Shown here one piece after another: positions 45,263 to 53,831 of a stretch of DNA of 64,000 nucleotides. Source of the stretch: a bacterium (GTDB taxonomy: Bacteria; Patescibacteriota; Minisyncoccia; UBA6257; GWB1-50-10). The notes below the pieces were generated by a model. It was not told the DNA's origin. It made no database searches and was given only the letters and a program-made list of their open reading frames with translations. The stretch spans positions 21,259-85,258 of the forward strand of contig JAJYWR010000005.1 of the NCBI GenBank assembly GCA_021791395.1, given 5' to 3'. The first letter of the stretch is position 1, and each line of letters begins with the position of its first letter. The position numbers were made by a program, and so were the translations under genes.

Positions 45263-45278
45263 ATTTTGGGGATTTTTT
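45248..45278 (+). terminator. intrinsic terminator overlapping the stop codon of the protease gene
   Basis: The stem is ATCCCCAAAAT paired with ATTTTGGGGAT, with loop ATGA, followed by TTTTTT. Confidence 0.8.
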
Positions 45279-45540
45279 GCTCAAAATAAGTGTTTCAAAA
45301 TGTTTCACGCTAAACATTTTTTGCATCAAAAAATCAAAAGTGTAGGTTTCATCGCATTATCAGCCTGTTAAACATTTTGAATGTTTTACAGGCTGGTTTT
45401 TCAATTTACCAGGTTTTTTAACTTTTCTGTGTTTTTTGACTTTTTATATCTTGGCCCCCCGCTCTCCCTCAAAAATTCGAGGAGAGCGGGGGGCCTTAGA
45501 TTCTGTGGAAAACTTTTGTCCGATCTCTCCGATAATATGG

Positions 45541-45683
45541 AAACAAAAAAGCACGGACTATTTTTCAATAAATCCGTGCCAAAACTTCCTGGATACTCGA
45601 CTACGACCGGCCTTCCGATCGCCATTTCAGCAATCGTACCTTCGCCGTGTATTTCTTTTATTGTTTGTGTACTATAATCTTAA
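45541..45683 (-). ncRNA. candidate ~140-nt small RNA (promoter-to-terminator unit, no convincing ORF)
   Basis: It is bounded by the minus-strand promoter at 45690..45718 and by a minus-strand terminator (stem GCACGGA 45551..45557 / TCCGTGC 45573..45579, followed by TTTTTTGTTT). It has an internal stem CGATTGC/GCGATCG. Confidence 0.35.
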
Positions 45684-45689
45684 GTTACT

Positions 45690-45718
45690 ATAATATCACA
45701 TTTATTATCATTTGTCAA
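45690..45718 (-). promoter_or_regulatory. near-consensus sigma-70 promoter (TTGACA-N17-TATTAT) on the minus strand
   Basis: The minus strand reads TTGACAAATGATAATAAATGTGATATTAT. Confidence 0.5.
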
Positions 45719-45728
45719 TTTCTCCCAA

Positions 45729-45758
45729 TTGACCTTATCTGCCGTTGGTTGGTACAAT
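45729..45758 (+). promoter_or_regulatory. sigma-70-like promoter (TTGACC-N18-TACAAT) on the plus strand, divergent from the previous one
   Basis: TTGACC is at 45729..45734 and TACAAT at 45753..45758. Confidence 0.5.
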
Positions 45759-45804
45759 CCACACTACCAAAATCACAGACCTTAACATAACCAAGAGGCA
45801 TCAT

Positions 45805-45936
45805 ATGGATCATATGGAAGAAACCCGTGATTTTTCACTCTCGGAATGCACATGGTTCGTGCGCCCGAGCAATGGGGACAAGATCGCCGCAGCGGCACTC
45901 AACGAGAATTGCATCGAGGGAGTACGCCGGACATAG
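45805..45936 (+). CDS. candidate 43-aa small protein
   Basis: It translates as MDHMEETRDFSLSECTWFVRPSNGDKIAAAALNENCIEGVRRT. An AAGAGG Shine-Dalgarno sequence lies 6 nt upstream, one of the best in this window. No homology was recognised. Confidence 0.35.
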   Translation: MDHMEETRDFSLSECTWFVRPSNGDKIAAAALNENCIEGVRRT

Positions 45937-46133
45937 AAAAGGATCTCCGACGAAAACGGCGCCGTCCACAAATTTTGGCAGTGCGACGGAAAGGCGACCG
46001 AGATGTTTTTAAGCCCTCGAATTCCGCTCCGGGGGAAGTTCCTTCTCTACCGACTTTTCCCGAAGGGGGAACGTCCTTTCACCGCGGAATTATTCCTTGA
46101 AGTCGGATAACGATCCGCCGACATTCTACCACG

Positions 46134-46164
46134 GCCGCCGAGCTCGAATTTCGGCGGCTTTTTT
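46134..46164 (+). terminator. intrinsic terminator upstream of ftsK
   Basis: The stem is GCCGCCGA paired with TCGGCGGC, followed by TTTTTT. Confidence 0.75.
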
Positions 46165-46194
46165 ATTGAAGAGGGGAACAAAAGAGAGTAAAAT

Positions 46195-48318
46195 ATGGGT
46201 GTCATGGCGAAAAAACCCCAGAAGGAAATCAAGAAAAAAAAGCGAGATCAGCGAAATAATCGAGACGACAACGAAGGGCGCGGAGGATCATACATGAAGC
46301 AATCGCCGCTCCACCCGGAAACGAAACAAAGCATTTGGTCCATCGCCTTCATTGCGCTCACCGTCATCTTTCTCCTTTCAGCTCTCCATTTTGCGGGTCC
46401 GTGGGGCGACGGTATTTTTAACTTCTTCACGATGCTCTTCGGCGTTGGGTATTATCTCTTGCCAGCCTTAGCGCTCATCATCGCCCTCACACTCCTTTCC
46501 AAAGACAAACAGGAGGTCCTCGGATTCTCGCTCATCGGAGCGGGGCTTTTCATTCTTTCGGCGTTGGGATTTATCGATATCGTAAGCCCCAGAAACGGCG
46601 GAGTTATCGGAAGCATCGCAGGAGCAATTAAAACACCTTTCAGCATTCCCGGCGGCATCGTGATTACGATCGCCGTCATGGTGATCTCGTTCCTCATGAT
46701 CTTGAATAAGCCTCTGCGTCTCCCAAAACGAGAAGAAGCCGAAGAAGAGGAGCTGGAGGAAACGATCGTGACTGCTCCATCTGTTCCGGAACCTCAAAGA
46801 ATCGATGAAGAAAAACCGAAGAAGCAGAAAGAAAAGGAATTGGAAATCAAAACGCACGAAGACAAGATCCCCGAACTCAAAACTTCATCCGTCAAACAAT
46901 TCAAGAATTATGTTGCGCCCCCCTTGAACCTCCTCGCTTCACAAGTCGATAAACCGACGATTGGCGACCTCCGCGCGAACGCGAACGTCATCAAGCGAAC
47001 GCTTGAAAGTTTCGGCATCCCCGTCGAGATGGGAGAGATCAATGTGGGACCGACCGTTACGCGGTACACCTTGAAGCCGGCGGAGGGTATCAAGCTTTCA
47101 CGTATTACATCATTGAACCAGGATCTTGCGCTTTCGCTCGCAGCACACCCGATCCGCATCGAAGCGCCGATCCCCGGCAAATCGCTCGTCGGCATCGAGG
47201 TACCAAACAAATCGGCGGCCGTCGTGCGCCTCGGAAGCCTACTTCTCTATGAAGACTTCGGGAAGGCGGGACCCTTAGCTTTTGCACTCGGCAGAAACGT
47301 TTCCGGCGAGCCGATTTTCAAGGACGTCGCGAAGATGCCGCACCTTTTGATCGCCGGCGCGACCGGCAGTGGAAAGTCTATTATGATCCACTCACTTATC
47401 CTGTCGCTCCTTTTCAAAAATTCGCCCGAGACGCTCCGCCTCCTCATGATCGACCCGAAGCGCGTCGAGCTTTCCATCTACGACGGCATTCCGCACCTTT
47501 TGTCCCCGGTCATCACCGAAAACAAGAAATCGATCGGCGTCCTCCGATGGGCAATCCAGGAAATGGATCGGCGCTACCAAGTCCTCCTCGAGGCGGGATC
47601 CCGCGATATCAAGAGCTACAACAGTTCCGGCAAATCGATGCCATACATCGTAATCGTGATCGACGAGTTGGCCGACCTCATGACCTCGTACGGCAGGGAA
47701 GTTGAGGGATCAATCATCCGCCTTGCACAAATGGCGCGGGCGACCGGCATCCATCTCATCGTTTCGACTCAGCGGCCGTCGGTTGAAGTCATCACCGGCC
47801 TTATCAAGGCGAACATCACCTCGCGCATCGCGCTCCAAGTCGCGAGCCAAATCGACTCGCGGACGATCCTTGATACGCCGGGCGCTGAAAAATTGCTCGG
47901 CCACGGCGATGCGCTTTTCATTTCCGCGGAACTCTCAAAACCGCTCCGCATCCAAGGCGCTTTTGTTTCAGAAGAAGAAATCAAAAAGGTTTCGAGCTTC
48001 ATCGCTAAAAACAACGAAACATCCAGCGAAGAACTCGATTTCGGCAGCGGCTCGAAAGAAGAAGGGGAAGGCGGCCAACCGAATCTCGACTTCGACGCTT
48101 TGGGCAATGATAACGACAATGACGAACTTCTCGATGAAGCCATTGAGACGGTGCGATCCGCCAAAAAAGCATCAGCATCACTTCTCCAACGGCGACTCAA
48201 GGTCGGCTACGCGCGGGCGGCGCGCCTCCTCGACATGATGGAGGAGCGGGGAGTTATTGGCCCCGGCGACGGTGCAAAACCCCGGGAAGTATTCTTTACG
48301 AACGACAACAATGTCTGA
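46195..48318 (+). CDS. ftsK: DNA translocase FtsK/SpoIIIE
   Basis: It has N-terminal TM helices, Walker A (LIAGATGSGKS), Walker B (VIVIDELADL) and a C-terminal gamma winged helix (LLQRRLKVGYARAARLLDMMEERGVIG). Confidence 0.92.
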   Translation: MGVMAKKPQKEIKKKKRDQRNNRDDNEGRGGSYMKQSPLHPETKQSIWSIAFIALTVIFLLSALHFAGPWGDGIFNFFTMLFGVGYYLLPALALIIALTLLSKDKQEVLGFSLIGAGLFILSALGFIDIVSPRNGGVIGSIAGAIKTPFSIPGGIVITIAVMVISFLMILNKPLRLPKREEAEEEELEETIVTAPSVPEPQRIDEEKPKKQKEKELEIKTHEDKIPELKTSSVKQFKNYVAPPLNLLASQVDKPTIGDLRANANVIKRTLESFGIPVEMGEINVGPTVTRYTLKPAEGIKLSRITSLNQDLALSLAAHPIRIEAPIPGKSLVGIEVPNKSAAVVRLGSLLLYEDFGKAGPLAFALGRNVSGEPIFKDVAKMPHLLIAGATGSGKSIMIHSLILSLLFKNSPETLRLLMIDPKRVELSIYDGIPHLLSPVITENKKSIGVLRWAIQEMDRRYQVLLEAGSRDIKSYNSSGKSMPYIVIVIDELADLMTSYGREVEGSIIRLAQMARATGIHLIVSTQRPSVEVITGLIKANITSRIALQVASQIDSRTILDTPGAEKLLGHGDALFISAELSKPLRIQGAFVSEEEIKKVSSFIAKNNETSSEELDFGSGSKEEGEGGQPNLDFDALGNDNDNDELLDEAIETVRSAKKASASLLQRRLKVGYARAARLLDMMEERGVIGPGDGAKPREVFFTNDNNV

Positions 48319-49021
48319 AGAAGAACGGAAGAATTTTTCGAGCATTCTCATCGAGGCGATCAAAATGAAATCGACCTCGGTTGAAAAATTGTCGCAAGCG
48401 ACCGGCGTTCCCGAAAACGTGATCGGACTTCTTATCAACGAGAAATTTGACAAGCTTCCGGCCGCACCCTATCTCCATGGCTATCTCTTGAAGATAAGCG
48501 GCGCCTTGAATCTCGACGGCGAAAAGGTTTGGAAAGAATATTTAAGCACGAAAGACGAGATCAGGAAATCGGGCGCAGAAGACATTTTGCCGCCGAACCG
48601 CTTTGCAATACCGAAAGTGAATAAGAAAATCGTGGGTGTTATAATAGGAATAGTTTTGATCTTGATGTATGCCGCTTTCCGCCTCCCGAGCATTGTGGGA
48701 ACCCCCTTCATTTCATTCACCGATATGCCCAACAACATCACCGTGACCAAAGATCAAAATTTTGCCATCCAGGGGATTTTGAAGAATGGGGATACGCTCT
48801 CGATGAATGGGGAAGGCCTTCCCATCGATAAAAACGGAGATTTTCAAAAAACCGTCGTTTTAAACCCTGGATTCAATACCTTCAAATTCGAGGCTACAAA
48901 AATTCTCGGGAAGACATACTCGACGACCAAGCAGGTTTATTTCCAATTCGAAGGAAGCTCATCTGAAGCATTTTCGACTTCAACCTTGATTCATCCCGCC
49001 GCTACGTCGACCAATCAATAA
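48311..49021 (+). CDS. RodZ-like HTH + TM protein (candidate)
   Basis: The ORF is trimmed to MSEEERKNF. It has an HTH-like N-terminus ([23 protein letters not shown]), a single TM helix, and overlaps the ftsK stop. Confidence 0.5.
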   Translation: MSEEERKNFSSILIEAIKMKSTSVEKLSQATGVPENVIGLLINEKFDKLPAAPYLHGYLLKISGALNLDGEKVWKEYLSTKDEIRKSGAEDILPPNRFAIPKVNKKIVGVIIGIVLILMYAAFRLPSIVGTPFISFTDMPNNITVTKDQNFAIQGILKNGDTLSMNGEGLPIDKNGDFQKTVVLNPGFNTFKFEATKILGKTYSTTKQVYFQFEGSSSEAFSTSTLIHPAATSTNQ

Positions 49022-49025
49022 AATT

Positions 49026-50060
49026 ATGGCACAAGCTAAAAAAACAAAAGAAGAAAAAGCGGAAAGTGTCGATTCACTGCTCGAATCGCTCCAGTCGCGG
49101 TTCGGCGAAGGTTCAGTCATGAAACTCGGCGAGGTAAAGAAAGCGAACGTGGATGTCATTCCATCCGGGTCATTCTCGCTTGATATCGCGCTCGGCGTCG
49201 GCGGTCTCCCCAAAGGAAGGATCGTTGAAATTTTCGGACCGGAAAGTTCGGGGAAAACAACCTTGGCGCTCCATGCCGTGGCGGAAACCCAAAAGAAGGG
49301 GGGAAAAGCCGCTTACATCGACGCCGAACATGCCCTCGATCCGGAGTATGCAGCGAGGATTGGCGTGAAAGTAAAAGACTTGATTATTTCCCAGCCGGAC
49401 AGCGGCGAGGAGGCCCTGAACATTATGGAAAGCTTGGTCCGATCGGGGATCATCGACATTGTCGTCATCGATTCGGTCGCGGCTCTTACGCCTCGCGCCG
49501 AAATAGAAGGAGAAATGGGTCAGCAGCAAATCGGCCTTCAAGCACGCTTGATGTCCCAAGCACTCCGAAAAATCACCGCCGTTGCCGCGCGATCCGGAAC
49601 GATTGTCATCTTCATCAACCAAACCAGGATGAAAATCGGCATTATGTTCGGGAATCCCGAAACAACGCCCGGAGGATTAGCGTTGAAATTTTACGCTTCA
49701 GTCCGAATCGACATCCGGCGCATCGCTCAAATCAAGAAAGGGGAGGAGTCGATTGGTAATCGGGTGAAAGCGAAGGTAGTTAAAAACAAGGTAGCCCCGC
49801 CCTTCAAAATCGCCGAATTTGATATCTTGTTCGGCGAAGGCATTTCCTACGAAGCTGACGTTTTAAATACGGCCGTAAAATACGGCGTAGTCTCAAAGAA
49901 CGGCGCAAGCTATGCATTCGGAGGAGAAAAACTCGGGAACGGCTTCGATAATATCCGCGAGAAACTCAAGGGAGACAAAAAACTTTTGAACACAATTGAA
50001 AAAGCGACGCTTCAAGCCGTCGCAAAGAAAGGGACGGTCAGCGAAGCAGAGGGGGAGTAG
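49026..50060 (+). CDS. recA: recombinase RecA
   Basis: It carries [23 protein letters not shown] and [22 protein letters not shown]. Confidence 0.97.
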   Translation: MAQAKKTKEEKAESVDSLLESLQSRFGEGSVMKLGEVKKANVDVIPSGSFSLDIALGVGGLPKGRIVEIFGPESSGKTTLALHAVAETQKKGGKAAYIDAEHALDPEYAARIGVKVKDLIISQPDSGEEALNIMESLVRSGIIDIVVIDSVAALTPRAEIEGEMGQQQIGLQARLMSQALRKITAVAARSGTIVIFINQTRMKIGIMFGNPETTPGGLALKFYASVRIDIRRIAQIKKGEESIGNRVKAKVVKNKVAPPFKIAEFDILFGEGISYEADVLNTAVKYGVVSKNGASYAFGGEKLGNGFDNIREKLKGDKKLLNTIEKATLQAVAKKGTVSEAEGE

Positions 50061-50075
50061 AACGAGGGGACTAAT

Positions 50076-50885
50076 CTAGGATTGTTGGTTTAGTTTATAG
50101 AAATTCTCGAAGAGCTTGGCAATCAAAATCGGCCCGGCTCCTCCCGGAACGGGAGTGTAGAAAGACAAATGAGAAACCGATTCGGAGACATTAAGGTCTC
50201 CGGTTGTTTTTTCTCCAACCTTCCCATATCCGAAGTCGATTACTCCCGCACCCTCCTTCAACATGGACGGCTTCACGAGCGCTGGCTGGCCCGTCCCGAG
50301 AATCACAAGGTCCGCTTTTTTGAGAATCGAAAAATCGCTTCCCCGGTGGACGACGTAAATTTCTCCGACCTTGTTCATAAACCACGCGACGATCGGCCGA
50401 CCGATCAAAAATCCAGTTCCCACGACGCCGATCTTCTTCCCCTTCAACTCGAAACCGACCCTCTTTAAGATCTCAAGTGTCGTTTCCGCAACGGGCGGTA
50501 ATACGGGATTTCGGTTCACATAAAAAGCGCCGAGCGCACGCTCACCCAAAACATCGACATCTTTCTCGCGGGGAATGGCATTCAAAATGTAGTGCCGGTT
50601 CAAGGAGTCGGGGAGGGGAAGTTCAACGAGCGCACCGCCGCACGTTTTATGTTCGGCGATTTTTCTCACTTCCTCGCGCAAGCCGTCATTCCCGAGATCA
50701 GCGGCAAGTTTATAAATTCTGAAATCAACCCCGAGTTCTTCGGCAACCTTCTTTTTTTGTTCCAAGAAACTCAACGACGCCTGATTGCTGCCAATGAGTA
50801 TCCCCGCCAGAAACTTTTGGGGTCTTATCCTCTCCTTCAATCCACCGAGAATTTCCTCGGCTATTTTTTTTCCTTCGACAATCAT
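50076..50885 (-). CDS. folD: bifunctional methylenetetrahydrofolate dehydrogenase/cyclohydrolase
   Basis: It carries VVGTGFLIGRPI and YTPVPGGAGPILIA. Confidence 0.9.
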   Translation of the reverse strand: MIVEGKKIAEEILGGLKERIRPQKFLAGILIGSNQASLSFLEQKKKVAEELGVDFRIYKLAADLGNDGLREEVRKIAEHKTCGGALVELPLPDSLNRHYILNAIPREKDVDVLGERALGAFYVNRNPVLPPVAETTLEILKRVGFELKGKKIGVVGTGFLIGRPIVAWFMNKVGEIYVVHRGSDFSILKKADLVILGTGQPALVKPSMLKEGAGVIDFGYGKVGEKTTGDLNVSESVSHLSFYTPVPGGAGPILIAKLFENFYKLNQQS

Positions 50886-50890
50886 GGACC

Positions 50891-52072
50891 TTATTTATCC
50901 CCAAGCACTTTGTCGATTTTCGCCGCAAGTTTTTTCATATCTCCTTCTTTCATGCCACGGGTTGTCGCGGCGGGCGTACCGATCCGGATCCCGGAAGGAT
51001 CCGTCGGCTTTCGTATATCATAGGGGATCGTGTTTTTATTCACGATGATCCCCGCGCGTTCGAGTTTTTCCGCCGCTTCCTTGCCACCGATGCCGCGGGA
51101 CATCGTATCGACGAGTACAAGATGGGTATCGGTGCCGTCGGAAATGATCCGCCAGCCGAGTTTTTTCAATTCCTCCGCGAGCACTTTTGCGTTTTTTATA
51201 ACCTGCTTCGCATATCTTTTGAACTCCGGCTTCGCAGCTTCCCGAAGAGCAACACCGATAGCCGCTATGGCATTCAAATGTGGACCGCCTTGGAGGCCGG
51301 GAAATACGGCTTTATCGATCGCTTCCGCGATCGTCAATTTCGAATTCACTTTGATTTTTCGCGAGAATATCATGGCACCACGTGGTCCGCGGAGCGTCTT
51401 GTGCGTCGTTGTCATAACGACATCGGCGTACTTGAAAGGTGTCGGATATCCCCCTCCCGCGACGAGTCCCGCAAAATGGGACATATCAACCATAAGGATC
51501 GCCCCCACGCTGTCCGCTATTTTCCTGAACTTGCCGAAATCGATGATCCGGGGGTATGCGGTATATCCGGTAACGATGATTGCTGGCTTTTCTCTTTTTG
51601 CGATCTTTGCGATTTCCACGTAATCCAATGTTTCTGTTTTTTGAGAAACGCCGTATGGAATTTGGCTCCACAGCTTCCCCGTCACGCTCACTCTTTGGCC
51701 GTGCGTAAGGTGACCGCCCATTGCAAGACTCATCCCCATAATCTTTTCTCCCGGCGGGACAAGAGCAAGATAAATCGCGAAATTCGCGGGTGACCCCGAA
51801 TACGGCTGGACATTCACCGACCAATCGTCGGGTGAGAGATGAAAGAGCCTCAATGCGCGTCTCCTCACCGCATTTTCCAGCTTATCCGCAACTACGGTAC
51901 CGCCGTAATACCGGCTGCCGGGGTACCCTTCGGCATATTTATTGGTAAAAACGGAGCCGAGCGCTTCCAAAACGTCACTCGAAGCAAAATTCTCTGAGGC
52001 AATCAAATTGACGACTTTCTTTTCTCTTGCCGCTTCTTCCTGTATCAATTTTTCTATTTCCCTGTCCTTCAT
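50891..52072 (-). CDS. glyA: serine hydroxymethyltransferase
   Basis: It carries SENFASSDVLEALGS, and TTTHKTLRGPRG containing the PLP lysine. Confidence 0.95.
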   Translation of the reverse strand: MKDREIEKLIQEEAAREKKVVNLIASENFASSDVLEALGSVFTNKYAEGYPGSRYYGGTVVADKLENAVRRRALRLFHLSPDDWSVNVQPYSGSPANFAIYLALVPPGEKIMGMSLAMGGHLTHGQRVSVTGKLWSQIPYGVSQKTETLDYVEIAKIAKREKPAIIVTGYTAYPRIIDFGKFRKIADSVGAILMVDMSHFAGLVAGGGYPTPFKYADVVMTTTHKTLRGPRGAMIFSRKIKVNSKLTIAEAIDKAVFPGLQGGPHLNAIAAIGVALREAAKPEFKRYAKQVIKNAKVLAEELKKLGWRIISDGTDTHLVLVDTMSRGIGGKEAAEKLERAGIIVNKNTIPYDIRKPTDPSGIRIGTPAATTRGMKEGDMKKLAAKIDKVLGDK

Positions 52073-52398
52073 TATTTATTCAAACTGTTTTGTATTTGAT
52101 TCAACGCGTTTTCATCGCTCTGCAAATTTTGCAAGCTTGACGGCAAGCTCCTTGTGGACGTCGAGGGAGTGGTAACCTTTTCGTTCGGCGTCGTGGTAGC
52201 AGCTGTCGCGGTTGAAGATGTCGATACTCCGACAACCGTCGTCGTCGGCACCGTAAGACCGCTCACACCAACTGGCTGCTCTGCCGGGACTTGGTTTTGA
52301 GGAGGAAAGAGAAGGGGAATATAGATGGCGACAACCGAGAGAACCATGAGGACCGCGAATGCCACGACTACCGCCCGATTATTCTTCAACTTGAACAT
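52072..52398 (-). CDS. hypothetical membrane-anchored Thr/Ser-rich protein
   Basis: It has an N-terminal TM helix followed by a low-complexity region. Confidence 0.4.
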   Translation of the reverse strand: MFKLKNNRAVVVAFAVLMVLSVVAIYIPLLFPPQNQVPAEQPVGVSGLTVPTTTVVGVSTSSTATAATTTPNEKVTTPSTSTRSLPSSLQNLQSDENALNQIQNSLNK

Positions 52399-52411
52399 GA
52401 TTTGATTTGAT

Positions 52412-52975
52412 TTAAATTAATTGATTTTGACTCGACTCTTCCGCGGGAGCTAGGGCGACTTTCACCATCTCATTCGAATTTCGCTGAGGCACCCACACAT
52501 ATCCCTGCTTTTTAATGAGTTCATAGAGCTCCTTGGTTAATTTTACATCATTCAGGCAATAACTTTTAAGTTTCTCCATCTCGCCCCGCGCGTAGAGTTC
52601 GGCCGCCTCGAGGCCGTGGCCGGTTTTTCCGGCACCAATGTTTGCTTCGGCGAGAACACCAAGGCCAATGCGTCGGCCGTACTCTTCTTCTATTTCTTCC
52701 AAAATGTCGTAATGCCGAATGGATTGGATGTCAAAATTGAAATACTTTTCCATAACCGGCAGATCAAAGCGCTTGCCGGCGAATGTTACGATGAGTTGCG
52801 TTTTTTGCAGCATTTTCCCGAGATCGCCGAACTCCGATTCCTCAAATGCCCGGTACTCATCTCTTATATAGGAATAGACCCCAATGACGGAAATATCAAG
52901 ATCCTTCAGGTTATCGCGACCGCCTACATCCTGAAAAGTATTTTTAGTTTCGATGTCGATGACTAAAGTATCCAT
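52412..52975 (-). CDS. RNase H-like fold predicted 3'-5' exonuclease (YprB-like)
   Basis: It carries LVIDIETKN (the Exo I DxE motif) and SYCLNDVKLTKELY (Exo III-like). Confidence 0.65.
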   Translation of the reverse strand: MDTLVIDIETKNTFQDVGGRDNLKDLDISVIGVYSYIRDEYRAFEESEFGDLGKMLQKTQLIVTFAGKRFDLPVMEKYFNFDIQSIRHYDILEEIEEEYGRRIGLGVLAEANIGAGKTGHGLEAAELYARGEMEKLKSYCLNDVKLTKELYELIKKQGYVWVPQRNSNEMVKVALAPAEESSQNQLI

Positions 52976-52980
52976 GGTTA

Positions 52981-53043
52981 GTAGCTAGTATATGGTAGTT
53001 AGTGTATACAAATACCAACTACTTCATACTGAATACGAAATAT
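52981..53043. repeat. 7-nt-periodic array (9 units) filling the intergenic region upstream of the exonuclease gene
   Basis: The units are GTAGCTA GTATATG GTAGTTA GTGTATA CAAATAC CAACTAC TTCATAC TGAATAC GAAATAT. Confidence 0.8.
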
Positions 53044-53046
53044 TCG

Positions 53047-53550
53047 TTAGGCGTAAATATCTGCGACGTTCGAAGCGGCGTAACTTTCCGGTTTCGTTTT
53101 TGGTTCGAAATTATGAGCCCGAACCATGCCAACCACCTCTTGAATCAGCGTTTTCGTCGGACCGTTTTCGCCGACGTCGACGTGAATTTCGAAACTCCAG
53201 TTGAAATTCTCCCCTCCTTCCGCCTTGGCTTGGATTTTCGTTTTTAAAACGTTCAAAAACGCGCTTGATGCATCAATTGAAAGCATCACTTCCTGCACGA
53301 TCCGGTCGTGTAGGTTATAAAATTTTCCGAGTTTCACGCGCCGCCAAAAATATCTCCCGCCGTTCCCGATCCGATGAACCACAACAGCCGTTACAAAATC
53401 GGCCATTTTATCTTCTAAAAGTTCCGAGTCGCTGCCGATGGTCACCCGATACGACGCTTTCGGTTTTTTCTCCATGAACGCGACGATTTCGTCCGCGACG
53501 GAAGCGAGGTCCACCTGCAAACCATACGATGTGTTGAACTTCAAATCCAT
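53047..53550 (-). CDS. YkuK/DUF458-like RNase H-fold protein (candidate)
   Basis: The pattern VTIGSDSE...TAVVVHRIGNGGRYF resembles the YkuK family. This call is from memory only. Confidence 0.45.
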   Translation of the reverse strand: MDLKFNTSYGLQVDLASVADEIVAFMEKKPKASYRVTIGSDSELLEDKMADFVTAVVVHRIGNGGRYFWRRVKLGKFYNLHDRIVQEVMLSIDASSAFLNVLKTKIQAKAEGGENFNWSFEIHVDVGENGPTKTLIQEVVGMVRAHNFEPKTKPESYAASNVADIYA

Positions 53551-53620
53551 AAGTATCTTTCAAGGTAAATCCGGGGAGTACCTTTGTCAATAAAAATCAT
53601 CTCGTTCGATCTTTCTTGTA

Positions 53621-53649
53621 AAACGAAGCACCTCACCATAAAGGCGAGG
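53621..53649 (-). terminator. terminator-like hairpin after the tRNA-Ile/tRNA-Val pair
   Basis: The minus strand reads CCTCGCC-TTTAT-GGTGAGG followed by TGCTTCGTTTT. Confidence 0.5.
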
Positions 53650-53660
53650 TATTTTGTTTG

Positions 53661-53732
53661 TGGGCGATGAGGGGATCGAACCCCCGACCTTCTCGGTGTA
53701 AACGAGACGCTCTACCACTAAGCTAATCGCCC
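53661..53732 (-). tRNA. tRNA-Val (anticodon UAC)
   Basis: Hand-folded: acceptor GGGCGAT/ATCGCCC, anticodon arm TCTCG-TTTACAC-CGAGA, T arm GGGGG-TTCGATC-CCCTC. Confidence 0.9.
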
Positions 53733-53743
53733 GGGGAAGCCTG

Positions 53744-53816
53744 TCGGCACGGTAGGACTCGAACCTACGATCCACGAGGTATAAGCTCGTTGCATTAGCC
53801 GCTATGCTACGTGCCG
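53744..53816 (-). tRNA. tRNA with anticodon UAU (reads AUA; predicted tRNA-Ile)
   Basis: Hand-folded: acceptor CGGCACG/CGTGCCG, D arm GCAT-AGCGGCTA-ATGC, anticodon arm ACGAG-CTTATAC-CTCGT, T arm GTAGG-TTCGAGT-CCTAC, discriminator A. Confidence 0.85.
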
Positions 53817-53831
53817 CTCTCCGCAGGTATT

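Noticed and set aside
45401-45625. 74-aa minus-strand ORF and 98-aa plus-strand ORF (45381..45677) in the AT-rich spacer
   Set aside because: Both cross strong hairpins or terminators, lack start-site signals and have implausible composition. The region is better explained by non-coding features.
53587-53775. 62-aa minus-strand ORF
   Set aside because: It reads straight through the tRNA-Val(UAC) gene and part of the tRNA(UAU) gene.
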